DNA of 64,000 nt from NCBI GenBank assembly GCA_945833995.1, contig CAMAGM010000002.1, positions 1,301-65,300 of the forward strand, in the 5' to 3' direction. Each line of letters begins with the position of its first letter. Position 1 is the first letter of the stretch. Source of the DNA: an uncultured Prevotella sp. GTDB taxonomy: Bacteria; Bacteroidota; Bacteroidia; Bacteroidales; Bacteroidaceae. The notes under the pieces are model-generated. The model was not told where the DNA came from and did not search any database. It saw only the letters and a list, made by a program, of their open reading frames with translations. Below are positions 31,689-42,020 of this stretch, piece by piece. The translations under genes were made by a program, and so were the position numbers.

Positions 31689-32576
31689 TTATGAAATGCC
31701 ACAAACGGCAACATTCTTGTCGATTCTGCCAATCATGCCTTGCAGTGCCTTGCCAGGACCGCACTCTGTGAAATCGTCAGCACCATCGGCAATCATGTTC
31801 TGTACGCATGATGTCCAGCGCACGCTGCTTGTGAGCTGTGCTATGAGGTTCTGCTTGATTTCCTCAGGATTGCTATGTGGCTTTCCGTCAACATTCTGGT
31901 AAACAGGGCACTTCGGGGCAGAGAACTCTGTCTTCTCGATGGCTGCCTGCAGCTCGTCCTTAGCTGGCTGCATGAGTGGTGAGTGGAATGCTCCACCTAC
32001 CTTCAGTGGCAGTGCGCGCTTGGCTCCAGCTTCCTTCAGTTTCTCGCAGGCGGCGTTGATAGCCTCCACTGAGCCAGAGATTACAAGCTGACCTGGGCAG
32101 TTGTAGTTGGCAGGCACGACGATAGGTGTCGTCTCGCTAACCTCAGCGCAGATTGCCTCAATCTTGTCGTCGGCAAGACCTACGATGGCTGCCATTGTGG
32201 ATGGTGTCTTCTCACATGCCTTCTGCATTGCCATGGCACGTGCATAGACGAGTTTCAGACCATCCTCGAAGCTGAGAGCTCCGGCAGCTACGAGAGCAGA
32301 GAACTCACCGAGAGAGTGGCCGGCAACCATTGATGGCTGGAATTCGTCACCAAGGCTGATAGCCTTTATTACGCTGTGGAGGAAAACTGCAGGCTGTGTA
32401 ACCTTGGTCTGCTTCAGTTCCTCGTCTGTTCCTGCGAACATGATGTCAGTTATCCTGTAGCCAAGAATCTCGTTTGCTTTCTCAAACAGTTCCTTTGCCT
32501 TTGGGTCGTTGTCGTACAGGTCTTTTCCCATACCAACGAATTGTGCTCCCTGTCCAGGGAAAACGAATGCTTTCAT
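31689..32576 (-). CDS. fabD: Malonyl-CoA:ACP transacylase
   Basis: FPGQG, GHSLGE and AFHS motifs. Confidence 0.97.
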   Translation of the reverse strand: MKAFVFPGQGAQFVGMGKDLYDNDPKAKELFEKANEILGYRITDIMFAGTDEELKQTKVTQPAVFLHSVIKAISLGDEFQPSMVAGHSLGEFSALVAAGALSFEDGLKLVYARAMAMQKACEKTPSTMAAIVGLADDKIEAICAEVSETTPIVVPANYNCPGQLVISGSVEAINAACEKLKEAGAKRALPLKVGGAFHSPLMQPAKDELQAAIEKTEFSAPKCPVYQNVDGKPHSNPEEIKQNLIAQLTSSVRWTSCVQNMIADGADDFTECGPGKALQGMIGRIDKNVAVCGIS

Positions 32577-32609
32577 TTCTATTTCTTCTTTATTGTTAAA
32601 TTAATCCTT

Positions 32610-33758
32610 TTATTCTTCTTTCAATATCGGGACAAGCACGCTGAAGGTACTTCCCTCGCCGAGCACTGACTCCACTTCCACGTCGCCACCGTTCTTCACG
32701 GCGAAGTCCTTACAGAGCTGGAGTCCCAGGCCGCTACCTTCCTCGTTGTTAGTACCGTATGTGGTCTCGCCTTTGTGGAACAAGCCCTCGATGCGGTCGG
32801 GAGCGATACCCACACCATGGTCGCGGACGCTGATCTTGGCGAAATCGTCCTTGCGTGTGACGATAATCTCTATCGAGCTGTTCTCTGGTGTGAACTTTAT
32901 GGCGTTGCTGAGGAAGTTGCGCACCACGGTGTTGAGCATGTCCTTGTCGGCATGAACCTTCAGCCCTGTGTCCTTCTCTTCCATCGAGAGTGCTATCTTC
33001 TTGGTCTCGGCAATCATGGTGAAGATGCCATAGACACCCGTCACCACGTCCATTACCTCGAAGTCCTGATAAGCCACCTTGAGTCGTCCTGTCTGGCTCT
33101 TGGTCCATTTCAGTAGGTTGTCGAGCAAGTCGTGTGTCTCCTCCGTCTCCTTGTTTGCCTTGTCAATGAGGTAGAACATCTCTGGCCCTATTGCTTCGGG
33201 CGAAACTGTCTGCACCACGAGGTTTAGCACCATTCTGATGCTCGCCATAGGTGAGCGCAGGTCGTGCGCGATGACGGAGTACATCTTGTCGCGGTTGTTG
33301 ATGGTCCTACGCAATTCCTCATTCTGCTGCACGATAATCCTCTTTGCCGCAACGAGTGAGATTTGGTGCATCACACGCATTACGAGCTCCTCCTTGTTGA
33401 ATGGCTTGGTGAGGAAGTCATTGGCTCCTACCTGGAAACCATGCACGAGGTCGGCAGGACTGTTGAGTGCCGTGAGGAATATGATAGGTATGTCGGCAGT
33501 CTCCGCTTCTTTCTTAAGAATAACGGCGGTGTCGAACCCACTTATGTCAGGCATCATCACGTCGAGCAGTATGAGGTCGGGGTGCTGGCTCTTTGCTGTC
33601 TCTATACAACTTGTACCGTTGTTTGCCGTGAGTACCTGGAATTTTTCGTTGGTCAGCAATATCTTAAGAAGTAAGACATTGCTGACAACATCATCAACCA
33701 CGAGTATCTTATAGTCACTGCGGTTTATCTTCGATTCAAAGTTTTCGCCAAAGTTCAT
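32610..33758 (-). CDS. Hybrid REC-HisKA-HATPase signalling protein (cytoplasmic)
   Basis: ILVVDD, DVMMP, AHDLRSP, NAIKF and GSGLGL motifs. Confidence 0.92.
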   Translation of the reverse strand: MNFGENFESKINRSDYKILVVDDVVSNVLLLKILLTNEKFQVLTANNGTSCIETAKSQHPDLILLDVMMPDISGFDTAVILKKEAETADIPIIFLTALNSPADLVHGFQVGANDFLTKPFNKEELVMRVMHQISLVAAKRIIVQQNEELRRTINNRDKMYSVIAHDLRSPMASIRMVLNLVVQTVSPEAIGPEMFYLIDKANKETEETHDLLDNLLKWTKSQTGRLKVAYQDFEVMDVVTGVYGIFTMIAETKKIALSMEEKDTGLKVHADKDMLNTVVRNFLSNAIKFTPENSSIEIIVTRKDDFAKISVRDHGVGIAPDRIEGLFHKGETTYGTNNEEGSGLGLQLCKDFAVKNGGDVEVESVLGEGSTFSVLVPILKEE

Positions 33759-33832
33759 AAGCTATTATCGTTACATAAACAGCTGCAAATATACGGTTTT
33801 TTTTTAAACCACACAACTTTTTGGCACTTTTT

Positions 33833-36800
33833 TTAATATTCTGCCCAACTCTTGATACCTATTCCCTCAATTCCAACGGTGCAGAAGGCATAAATAAACG
33901 CTGATGCGAGTCGGCTGTTGGTGATTAGTGGCACGTTGAGGTCGATGGAGGCACGGCGGATCTTGTAGCCGTTGGAGAGCTCACTGGCGGTAAGGTTCTT
34001 GGGTATGTTCACCACCATGTCTATCTCGTGGTTGTGGAGCATGTCGAGAGCCTGGGGCTTGCCTTCCTCCGATGGCCAATAGACGCGGCTGTTCTCAATG
34101 CCGTTTTCGGTAAGGTATTTCGATGTGCCGCCTGTGGCGAACAGTTTGTAGCCATGGCTCACGAGCATTCGTGCCGCATCGAGCATCTCTGCCTTCTGCT
34201 TTGCGCTACCCGTAGAGAGGAGAATGTTCTTCTCCGGTATGCGATGACCGACGGAGAGCATCGACTTGAGCAATGCCGTAGAGGTGTCGTCGCCAAGGCA
34301 ACCAACCTCGCCAGTTGACGCCATGTCAACGCCAAGCACAGGATCTGCCTTTTGCAGGCGGTTGAATGAGAACTGGCTTGCCTTGATTCCCACGTAGTCG
34401 AGGTCGAACAGGCTCTTGTGCGGTTTCTCCACGGGGAGTCCGAGCATAACCTTGGTGGCAAGCTCGATAAGGTTTATCTTCAGCACCTTGCTGACGAATG
34501 GGAACGAGCGCGAGGCTCGCAAGTTACATTCGATTACCTTTATGTCGTTGTCGCGGGCGAGGAACTGGATGTTGAACGGACCGCTGATGTGCAGCTCCTC
34601 GGCAATCTTCTTGCTGACGCGCTTGATGCGGCGCACTGTCTCACAATAGAGTTTCTGCGGTGGGAACTGTATTGTGGCGTCGCCAGAGTGAACTCCAGCG
34701 AACTCGATGTGCTCGGAAATGGCATAGGCTATTATCTCGCCGTTTCTTGCCACGGCATCCATCTCAACCTCCTTGGCATGCTCAATGAACTGGCTCACCA
34801 CCACAGGGTGGTCCTCGCTCACGTTGGCGGCAAGACGCAGGAACTTCTCAAGCTCCTCCTGGTTGGAGCAGACATTCATGGCTGCACCGGAGAGAACGTA
34901 GGAAGGACGAACCAAAACGGGGAAGCCCACCTCGTCGATAAACTTGTTGATGTCGTCCATGGATGTGAGTGCGCTCCATGCGGGCTGGTCGATACCGTTG
35001 CGTGAGAGCATCGACGAGAACTTGGCACGGTCCTCGGCGTTGTCGATGTCCTTTGCCGATGTTCCGAGTATTGGCACGTTCTGTGCGTCGAGGCGCATTG
35101 CGAGGTTGTTTGGAATCTGTCCTCCCGTCGATACTATCACGCCATGAGGCGACTCAAGCTCAATGATGTCCATAACGCGCTCGAAGGTGAGCTCGTCGAA
35201 ATAGAGGCGGTCGCACATGTCGTAGTCGGTGGAGACAGTCTCAGGGTTATAGTTTATCATCACTGAGCGGTAGCCTTCCTTGCGGATGGTGTTGAGTGCC
35301 TGGACACCACACCAGTCGAACTCTACTGACGAGCCGATGCGGTAGGCACCTGAGCCAAGCACGATGATAGAGCGCTTGTCTTTCTCAAACTTTATGTCGC
35401 TCTCCACGCCGGCGTATGTGACGTAGAGATAGTTTGTCTGTGCGGGATATTCGGCAGCCAGTGTGTCTATCTGCTTCACCACAGGCACTATGCCGTAGTT
35501 TTTACGGAGGTTGCGCACGAGGAGTCCTGCCTTTGCCATGCTGTGCACCTCGTTGTCAAGTCCGACGGCACGGGCAATCTGGAAATCGGTGAAACCATAG
35601 ACCTTTGCCTCACGCAACAGTTCCTTGTCGAGTTTGTTGATGTTGCCAACTGCCTTCATCTGCTCGTCGATATCGATGATGTGCTTCAGCTTCTGCAGGA
35701 ACCACTTGTCTATCTTCGTCAGTTCGTGTATCTGGTCGATGGTGTAGTTCTTGTGCATTGCCTTCGATATGATGAAGACACGCTTGTCTGTTGGCTCGCG
35801 CAGAGCGGCGTCGATGTCGGGAATCTCAAGTTCCTTGTTTTCCACGAAACCATGCATTCCCTGTCCGATCATTCGCAGACCCTTTTGTATGGCTTCCTCA
35901 AAGTTGCGTCCAATTGCCATGACCTCGCCAACGGATTTCATGGACGAGCCAAGCTCCTTGTCAACGCCACGGAACTTGGAGAGGTCCCAACGTGGAATCT
36001 TGCAGACAACATAGTCGAGTGCAGGCTCGAAGAATGCGCTTGTGGTCTTTGTCACTGAGTTTTTCAACTCAAACAAGCCATAGCCCATGCCAAGTTTAGC
36101 TGCCACGAACGCGAGAGGATAGCCTGTTGCCTTGGAGGCAAGGGCAGAGGAACGGCTGAGGCGGGCATTGACCTCTATCACCCTGTAGTCCTCGCTCTGA
36201 GGATCGAAGGCATACTGTACGTTGCACTCGCCGACGATGCCTATGTGGCGTACAATCTTTATTGAGAGCGCACGGAGCTTGTGGTATTCGCTGTTGGTGA
36301 GGGTCTGTGATGGGGCTATAACGATGCTCTCGCCTGTGTGTATTCCGAGAGGGTCGAAGTTCTCCATGTTGCAGACCGTGATGCAGTTGTCGTACTTGTC
36401 GCGTACTACCTCATACTCAATTTCCTTCCAACCCTTAAGGCTTTTCTCTACGAGCACCTGTGGGGAGAAGGAGAATGCCTTTTCCGCCAATTTGTTCAGT
36501 TCCTCCTCGTTGTCGCAGAAGCCAGAGCCAAGACCGCCAAGGGCGTATGCCGCACGTAGGATTACTGGATAGCCAAGTTCGGCAGCCGCCTTGCGTGCCT
36601 GCTCGATAGTCTCGCAAGCCTCACTCTTTATTGTCTTTACGTCAATCTCGTTCAGTTTCTCAACAAAGAGCTCGCGGTCCTCGGTGTCCATTATGGCCTG
36701 GACAGGTGTTCCCAGCACCCTCACGCCGTATTTCTCAAGTGTTCCGCTACGGAAGAGCTCCACTCCACAGTTGAGTGCTGTCTGTCCGCCAAAGGCAAGC

Positions 36801-37057
36801 AATATGCCGTCGGGACGTTCTTTAGCAATGACTTTCTCCACGAAATATGGCTGCACGGGGAGAAAGTAGATTTGGTCGGCAACGCCCTCCGATGTCTGCA
36901 CGGTGGCGATGTTTGGATTGATGAGGACAGTCTCAATGCCCTCCTCGCGCAAGGCCTTAAGAGCCTGCGAGCCAGAGTAGTCAAACTCTCCAGCCTCTCC
37001 AATCTTCAGTGCTCCAGAGCCGAGGAGCAATACCTTTTTTATATTGTCGTCTTTCAT
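33833..37057 (-). CDS. carB: Carbamoyl-phosphate synthase large subunit
   Basis: Duplicated ATP-grasp domains, EFDYSG, and an MGS domain. Confidence 0.98.
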   Translation of the reverse strand: MKDDNIKKVLLLGSGALKIGEAGEFDYSGSQALKALREEGIETVLINPNIATVQTSEGVADQIYFLPVQPYFVEKVIAKERPDGILLAFGGQTALNCGVELFRSGTLEKYGVRVLGTPVQAIMDTEDRELFVEKLNEIDVKTIKSEACETIEQARKAAAELGYPVILRAAYALGGLGSGFCDNEEELNKLAEKAFSFSPQVLVEKSLKGWKEIEYEVVRDKYDNCITVCNMENFDPLGIHTGESIVIAPSQTLTNSEYHKLRALSIKIVRHIGIVGECNVQYAFDPQSEDYRVIEVNARLSRSSALASKATGYPLAFVAAKLGMGYGLFELKNSVTKTTSAFFEPALDYVVCKIPRWDLSKFRGVDKELGSSMKSVGEVMAIGRNFEEAIQKGLRMIGQGMHGFVENKELEIPDIDAALREPTDKRVFIISKAMHKNYTIDQIHELTKIDKWFLQKLKHIIDIDEQMKAVGNINKLDKELLREAKVYGFTDFQIARAVGLDNEVHSMAKAGLLVRNLRKNYGIVPVVKQIDTLAAEYPAQTNYLYVTYAGVESDIKFEKDKRSIIVLGSGAYRIGSSVEFDWCGVQALNTIRKEGYRSVMINYNPETVSTDYDMCDRLYFDELTFERVMDIIELESPHGVIVSTGGQIPNNLAMRLDAQNVPILGTSAKDIDNAEDRAKFSSMLSRNGIDQPAWSALTSMDDINKFIDEVGFPVLVRPSYVLSGAAMNVCSNQEELEKFLRLAANVSEDHPVVVSQFIEHAKEVEMDAVARNGEIIAYAISEHIEFAGVHSGDATIQFPPQKLYCETVRRIKRVSKKIAEELHISGPFNIQFLARDNDIKVIECNLRASRSFPFVSKVLKINLIELATKVMLGLPVEKPHKSLFDLDYVGIKASQFSFNRLQKADPVLGVDMASTGEVGCLGDDTSTALLKSMLSVGHRIPEKNILLSTGSAKQKAEMLDAARMLVSHGYKLFATGGTSKYLTENGIENSRVYWPSEEGKPQALDMLHNHEIDMVVNIPKNLTASELSNGYKIRRASIDLNVPLITNSRLASAFIYAFCTVGIEGIGIKSWAEY

Positions 37058-37073
37058 TTTCTTTATTTTTTTA

Positions 37074-37127
37074 CTAGAATTTCTAGAATATCTAGAACCA
37101 CTAGAACCACTAGAATTTCTAGACTAT
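37074..37127. repeat. 9-mer (CTAGAANNN) x6 tandem array
   Basis: CTAGAATTT CTAGAATAT CTAGAACCA CTAGAACCA CTAGAATTT CTAGACTAT. Confidence 0.9.
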
Positions 37128-37130
37128 CCC

Positions 37131-38207
37131 TTATTTTAAGCTATTGATAAAACGGTCAAACATAAACTCTGTATCTATCGGACCAGAGCATGCCTCTGGG
37201 TGGAACTGGCTCGTAAACCATGGATTCTCCTTGTGGCATATTCCCTCGTTTGACCCGTCGTTCATGTTGACGAACAACTCGCGCCATTCGTTGCCCAATG
37301 TCTTTGCATCTACGGCATAGCCGTGGTTCTGACTCGTCACATAGCAGCGGTTTGTGCCAACTTCGCGTACAGGTTGGTTGTGCGAGCGGTGACCATATTT
37401 CAGCTTGTATATTGTCGCTCCACCTGCCTTTGCCAGCAGTTGGTTGCCCATGCAGATGCCGCAAATGGGCTTGCGGCTCTCCGACATCTGCTTGCGTATG
37501 ATGCTCACGGCATCCTCGCACATGTCTGGGTCGCCGGGACCATTGCCGAGGAACAATCCATCGAAGTCCATTCCTGTGTAATCGTAGTTCCATGGAACAC
37601 GGATAACCTCAACGCCACGGTTGATTAGACACCTTATTATATTGTTCTTCACGCCACAATCCACGAGCACCACTTTCTTTCCTGCTCCCTCGTTGTAGCG
37701 GATTATTTCCTTGCAGCTCACGCGATCAACCCAGTTTACTCCCTCGTACTCTGCCGTAGGGATATTGTCAGGGTCGTCGTCGAAAATTATTTTGCCCATC
37801 ATCACGCCATGCTCGCGCAACACCTTTGTCAGCTGTCGGGTGTCGATGCCCGTTATGCCTGGCACATGCTCGCGCTTCAGCCAGTCGGCAAGGCTCTCCA
37901 CTGCGTTCCAGTGCGAGTATTGCTCGCTGTAGTCAGCCACGATAATGGCTGAGGCATAGATTTTGTCACTTTCCATGAATGTAGCCAGCGTGTTCTCCTC
38001 GATGGAGAATGGTGGCACACCATAGTTGCCCACCAATGGGTAGGTGAGAGTCATGAGCTGTCCTGCGTATGAAGGGTCGGTGAGACTTTCGGGATAACCC
38101 ATCATGGCTGTGTTGAACACTACTTCGCCAGCCACGGGAGCATCGTATCCGAACGATTTCCCATGGAATTTCGTACCGTCTTCGAGGACTAAAGTTACAT
38201 TTTTCAT
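37131..38207 (-). CDS. carA: Carbamoyl-phosphate synthase small subunit
   Basis: GEVVFNT, GICMGNQ, SQNHG and QFHPE motifs. Confidence 0.97.
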   Translation of the reverse strand: MKNVTLVLEDGTKFHGKSFGYDAPVAGEVVFNTAMMGYPESLTDPSYAGQLMTLTYPLVGNYGVPPFSIEENTLATFMESDKIYASAIIVADYSEQYSHWNAVESLADWLKREHVPGITGIDTRQLTKVLREHGVMMGKIIFDDDPDNIPTAEYEGVNWVDRVSCKEIIRYNEGAGKKVVLVDCGVKNNIIRCLINRGVEVIRVPWNYDYTGMDFDGLFLGNGPGDPDMCEDAVSIIRKQMSESRKPICGICMGNQLLAKAGGATIYKLKYGHRSHNQPVREVGTNRCYVTSQNHGYAVDAKTLGNEWRELFVNMNDGSNEGICHKENPWFTSQFHPEACSGPIDTEFMFDRFINSLK

Positions 38208-38220
38208 TTATGTAGGGAAA

Positions 38221-40116
38221 TTAAAACTTCTGTTGATATTGATAAACTTTCTCTATGTAGTTCACGAAAGCCTGATTTACGAGCTTCATTCCGCCTGGAG
38301 TGGGATAGTTGCCGGTGAAATACCAGTCGCCGTTGTGGCTTGGTATGGCTTCGTGCAGGCCTTCGATACTTTGGAACACAATCTCAATGGGAGTGGTCAC
38401 GTCGGTAGGGCGCAGCATCTCGACCATCTTGTTGTTGAGCTCCTCAACGGTGAAGGGCTTGTAGAGAGCCTTCACGCAGCATTGCATATCCTCCTTTGGC
38501 TTCCTCAACTCGCGCTTGCAGTTGTGGTAGGTCTCGTCGATGAGCGAGTGCATGCCGCGGTCCTTGAGCAGTTCGATACAGGCACGGAAGGCGATGAACT
38601 CCTCCAAGCGTGCCATGTCGATGCCGTAGTAGTCGGGATATCGTATCTGTGGAGCGGAGCTGACGAGGATAATCTTTTTCGGGTGAAGTCGGTCAAGAAT
38701 CTTGATAATGCTCTCGCGCAGTGTCGTTCCGCGTACGATGCTGTCGTCTATTATCACAAGGTTATCGACATGTGGCTCAAGCACCTCGTAGGTTATGTCA
38801 TAGACATGCGACGCCAAGTCGTTGCGGGAGTTTCCCTCGGTTATGAATGTGCGCAGCTTGATGTCTTTCCATGCCACCTTCTCCGAACGGACGTATTTGT
38901 TTAGTATTCGCTGCAGCTCCTCATGCGTTGGCTTGTGGTCGAGTTTCTCTATCTCGTTTATTTTCTCCTCGTTGAGTCGTTCCTTGAATCCTCTCAACAT
39001 TCCATAGTATGCCACCTCGGCGGTATTCGGTATGAAGGAGAACACGGTGTGGTCAACATCGCCGTCAACAGCTTTAAGGATGGGCTTCATCAGCAGTTCG
39101 CCAAGTTTCTTGCGCTCTTGGTAGATGTCGCGGTCGGAGCCACGGCTGAAATAAATTCTCTCGAAAGAGCAGGCGGAGTCGCCTCGGCGGTCGAGAATCT
39201 TCTCTATCTTTGCCTCGCCGCTCTTGTTCACTATAAGGGCATGTCCGGGCTGCAGTTCCTTGATGTCGTCGCACTCAAGGTCAAACGTGGTCTGGAGCAC
39301 AGGACGCTCGCTTGCCAATACGGCTATCTCATCATCAATATAGTAGAAAGCAGGACGAATGCCCCAAGGGTCGCGCATGGAAAACATCTCCCCGCTTCCG
39401 GTTAGTCCGCAGACAACATATCCGCCGTCGAAATCGGGCATTGTTGTCTTCAGCACATTGCTCATCTTGACATTGTTGTCGATGTAGTTTGTTATGTCCG
39501 TTCCGTGGAGTCCCAGTTCCTTGGCATCCTCGAAGTTCCTCTCCACCTCACGGTCAAGTCGGTGTCCCATCCACTCCAGCATGATGTAGCTGTCACTGTA
39601 TATTCGTGGGCATTGTCCCATTGCCGTTATCTTGTCGAAAATCTCATCCACGTTTGTCATGTTGAAATTTCCGCAGAGGCAGAGGTTCTTTGCTCTCCAG
39701 TTGTTGCGTCGGAGGAAGGGATGGACGTAGGTTAGTCCGCTCTTTCCCGTGGTGGAATACCTTAGGTGTCCCATATAGATCTCACCGGCGAAGGCAAGGT
39801 TCCTCTTGGCATAGTCGGGATCGGCAATCTGGCTTGGGGTAAGTGATGCGAAACCCTTTTGCGCGTTCTTGAAGATTTCTGTTATGGCATTGGCTCCCTC
39901 TGCCTTCTCGCGGAACATATATTCGTTTCCAGGTTCCGTGCCGAGCTTCACGCATGCCATTCCCGCACCTTCCTGTCCACGGTTGTGTTGCTTCTCCATC
40001 ATGAGGTAGAGCTTGTTCATACCGTACATCCATGTGCCATACTTTCGCTGGTAGTAGTCAAGCGGCTTCAGAAGCCTTATCATCGCTACTCCACATTCGT
40101 GTTTTAACTGCTCCAT
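38221..40116 (-). CDS. purF: Amidophosphoribosyltransferase (Bacteroidetes long form)
   Basis: HECG, HNRGQE, HLRYST and DDSIVRGTT motifs. Confidence 0.92.
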   Translation of the reverse strand: MEQLKHECGVAMIRLLKPLDYYQRKYGTWMYGMNKLYLMMEKQHNRGQEGAGMACVKLGTEPGNEYMFREKAEGANAITEIFKNAQKGFASLTPSQIADPDYAKRNLAFAGEIYMGHLRYSTTGKSGLTYVHPFLRRNNWRAKNLCLCGNFNMTNVDEIFDKITAMGQCPRIYSDSYIMLEWMGHRLDREVERNFEDAKELGLHGTDITNYIDNNVKMSNVLKTTMPDFDGGYVVCGLTGSGEMFSMRDPWGIRPAFYYIDDEIAVLASERPVLQTTFDLECDDIKELQPGHALIVNKSGEAKIEKILDRRGDSACSFERIYFSRGSDRDIYQERKKLGELLMKPILKAVDGDVDHTVFSFIPNTAEVAYYGMLRGFKERLNEEKINEIEKLDHKPTHEELQRILNKYVRSEKVAWKDIKLRTFITEGNSRNDLASHVYDITYEVLEPHVDNLVIIDDSIVRGTTLRESIIKILDRLHPKKIILVSSAPQIRYPDYYGIDMARLEEFIAFRACIELLKDRGMHSLIDETYHNCKRELRKPKEDMQCCVKALYKPFTVEELNNKMVEMLRPTDVTTPIEIVFQSIEGLHEAIPSHNGDWYFTGNYPTPGGMKLVNQAFVNYIEKVYQYQQKF

Positions 40117-40171
40117 TCTTTTTTGTTGTGTTGTTTATCTCTTTTGTGTTTTATGTCTGAATCCGTTTCCT

Positions 40172-42016
40172 TTACTCCACAGTCACCGACTTGGCGAGGT
40201 TTCGGGGTTGGTCAACGTCCTTGCCCTTGCAAACGGCTATGTGGTAGGCGAGGAGCTGTAGGGGAATGGTGGCGAGCAGTGGCTCAAGACACTCCATTGT
40301 CGAAGGCATCTCTATTACCTCGTCGGCAATGCGGCTGATGGTCTCGTCGCCCTCGTTGACTATGGCAATCACCTTTCCCTTCCTTGCCTTCACCTCCTGT
40401 ATGTTGCTCAGTACCTTCTCATACATCGCGTTGTGTGTGGCTATCACCACCACGGGCATGTCGGAGTCTATGAGTGCTATCGGACCATGCTTCATCTCTG
40501 CCGCAGGATAGCCTTCGGCGTGTATGTAGCTTATCTCCTTCAGCTTCAGTGCGCCCTCAAGTGCCACGGGGTAGCTGTAGCCACGTCCGAGGAAGAGGAA
40601 GTCGCGGGCGTAGGTGAAGGTGCGGCTAAGGTCTGCTATGCGCTGGTTGAGTTTCAGCACCTCTTTCATCTTGCTTGGTATCTCATGCAGCTCCTCCACA
40701 AGCTCAAGGTATTCCTTTGAGTTGATTGTCCCACGCTCCTTTGCCAGTGCGAGGGCAAGCATGGTGAGGACGGTCACTTGTCCTGTGAATGCCTTTGTCG
40801 ATGCCACGCCTATCTCTGGTCCAACGTGGATGTAGCTTCCCGTGTTTGTGGCACGGGGAATGCTTGAGCCGATGGCGTTGCAGATACCATAGATGAAGGC
40901 ACCGTGCTTCTTTGCCAACTTCACTGCCGCAAGTGTGTCGGCTGTCTCGCCCGATTGTGATATTGCTATCACCACGTCGTCTTTTGTAATGACAGGGTTA
41001 CGGTAGCGGAACTCCGAGGCATACTCAACCTCTACGGGTATTCTGCAGAGGCTCTCTAATAGTTGCTTGCCTATTAGTCCTGCGTGCCATGAAGTTCCGC
41101 ACGCCACGATAATGAAGCGCTTGGCGTTGAGAAGCTGTTTCTTGTAGTCTATCACGGCACTGAGCACCACGTTGTCCGTCGCTACGTTGACACGTCCGCG
41201 CATACAGTTGGTGAGGCAGTCGGGCTGCTCGAAAATCTCTTTCAGCATGAAGTGCGGATAGCCACATTTCTCTATCTGACCGAGGTTGATATCTACGGTC
41301 TGTATCTCTGGATAAAGTTTTCTGTTCTGGATATTCACTACCTTGAGGTCTTCGTTTCTCTTTATCACGGCAATGTTTCCGTCCTCAAGATAAACGACCT
41401 TGTCGGTGTATTCTATGATTGGGCTTGCGTCGGAGCCGATGAAGAACTCATCCTCTCCAATGCCAACAACAAGTGGACTTTGGTTGCGTGCTGCAATAAT
41501 AGTGTCAGGGTTTCGGTGGTCGAGAATGGCTATCGCGTAGGCTCCGATAACCTCGTGGAGTGACAGCTGTACAGCGGTGAGCAAGTCGCATTGCTTCTTT
41601 GTCTGGACGTACTCAACGAGTTGTACGAGCACCTCGGTGTCGGTGTCTGATACGAACTTGATGCCTTTTGCCAGCAGGCGGTCGCGTATTTGTGAGTAGT
41701 TCTCAATTATTCCGTTGTGGATTATCGCAAGGTTCTGCGATTGTGAGTAGTGGGGGTGGGCATTCACCGATGAAGGCTCGCCGTGTGTCGCCCAGCGTGT
41801 ATGGGCTATGCCTATCGTTCCGCCGACGTTCTTGTCGTCGCAATATTGGACAAGGTCGTCAACTTTACCCTTGGTCTTAAAAACATTCAGATTTCCTTCT
41901 TCATTAATGAGTGCGACACCAGCGCTGTCATAGCCTCTATATTCCAGTCGTCTCAATCCTTTTATTAGGATTGGAAACGCCTCTTTTTTTCCGATGTATC
42001 CTACTATACCACACAT
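40172..42016 (-). CDS. glmS: Glutamine-fructose-6-phosphate aminotransferase
   Basis: MCGIVG, HTRWATHG and PRNLAKSVTVE motifs. Confidence 0.98.
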   Translation of the reverse strand: MCGIVGYIGKKEAFPILIKGLRRLEYRGYDSAGVALINEEGNLNVFKTKGKVDDLVQYCDDKNVGGTIGIAHTRWATHGEPSSVNAHPHYSQSQNLAIIHNGIIENYSQIRDRLLAKGIKFVSDTDTEVLVQLVEYVQTKKQCDLLTAVQLSLHEVIGAYAIAILDHRNPDTIIAARNQSPLVVGIGEDEFFIGSDASPIIEYTDKVVYLEDGNIAVIKRNEDLKVVNIQNRKLYPEIQTVDINLGQIEKCGYPHFMLKEIFEQPDCLTNCMRGRVNVATDNVVLSAVIDYKKQLLNAKRFIIVACGTSWHAGLIGKQLLESLCRIPVEVEYASEFRYRNPVITKDDVVIAISQSGETADTLAAVKLAKKHGAFIYGICNAIGSSIPRATNTGSYIHVGPEIGVASTKAFTGQVTVLTMLALALAKERGTINSKEYLELVEELHEIPSKMKEVLKLNQRIADLSRTFTYARDFLFLGRGYSYPVALEGALKLKEISYIHAEGYPAAEMKHGPIALIDSDMPVVVIATHNAMYEKVLSNIQEVKARKGKVIAIVNEGDETISRIADEVIEMPSTMECLEPLLATIPLQLLAYHIAVCKGKDVDQPRNLAKSVTVE

Positions 42017-42020
42017 ATTA

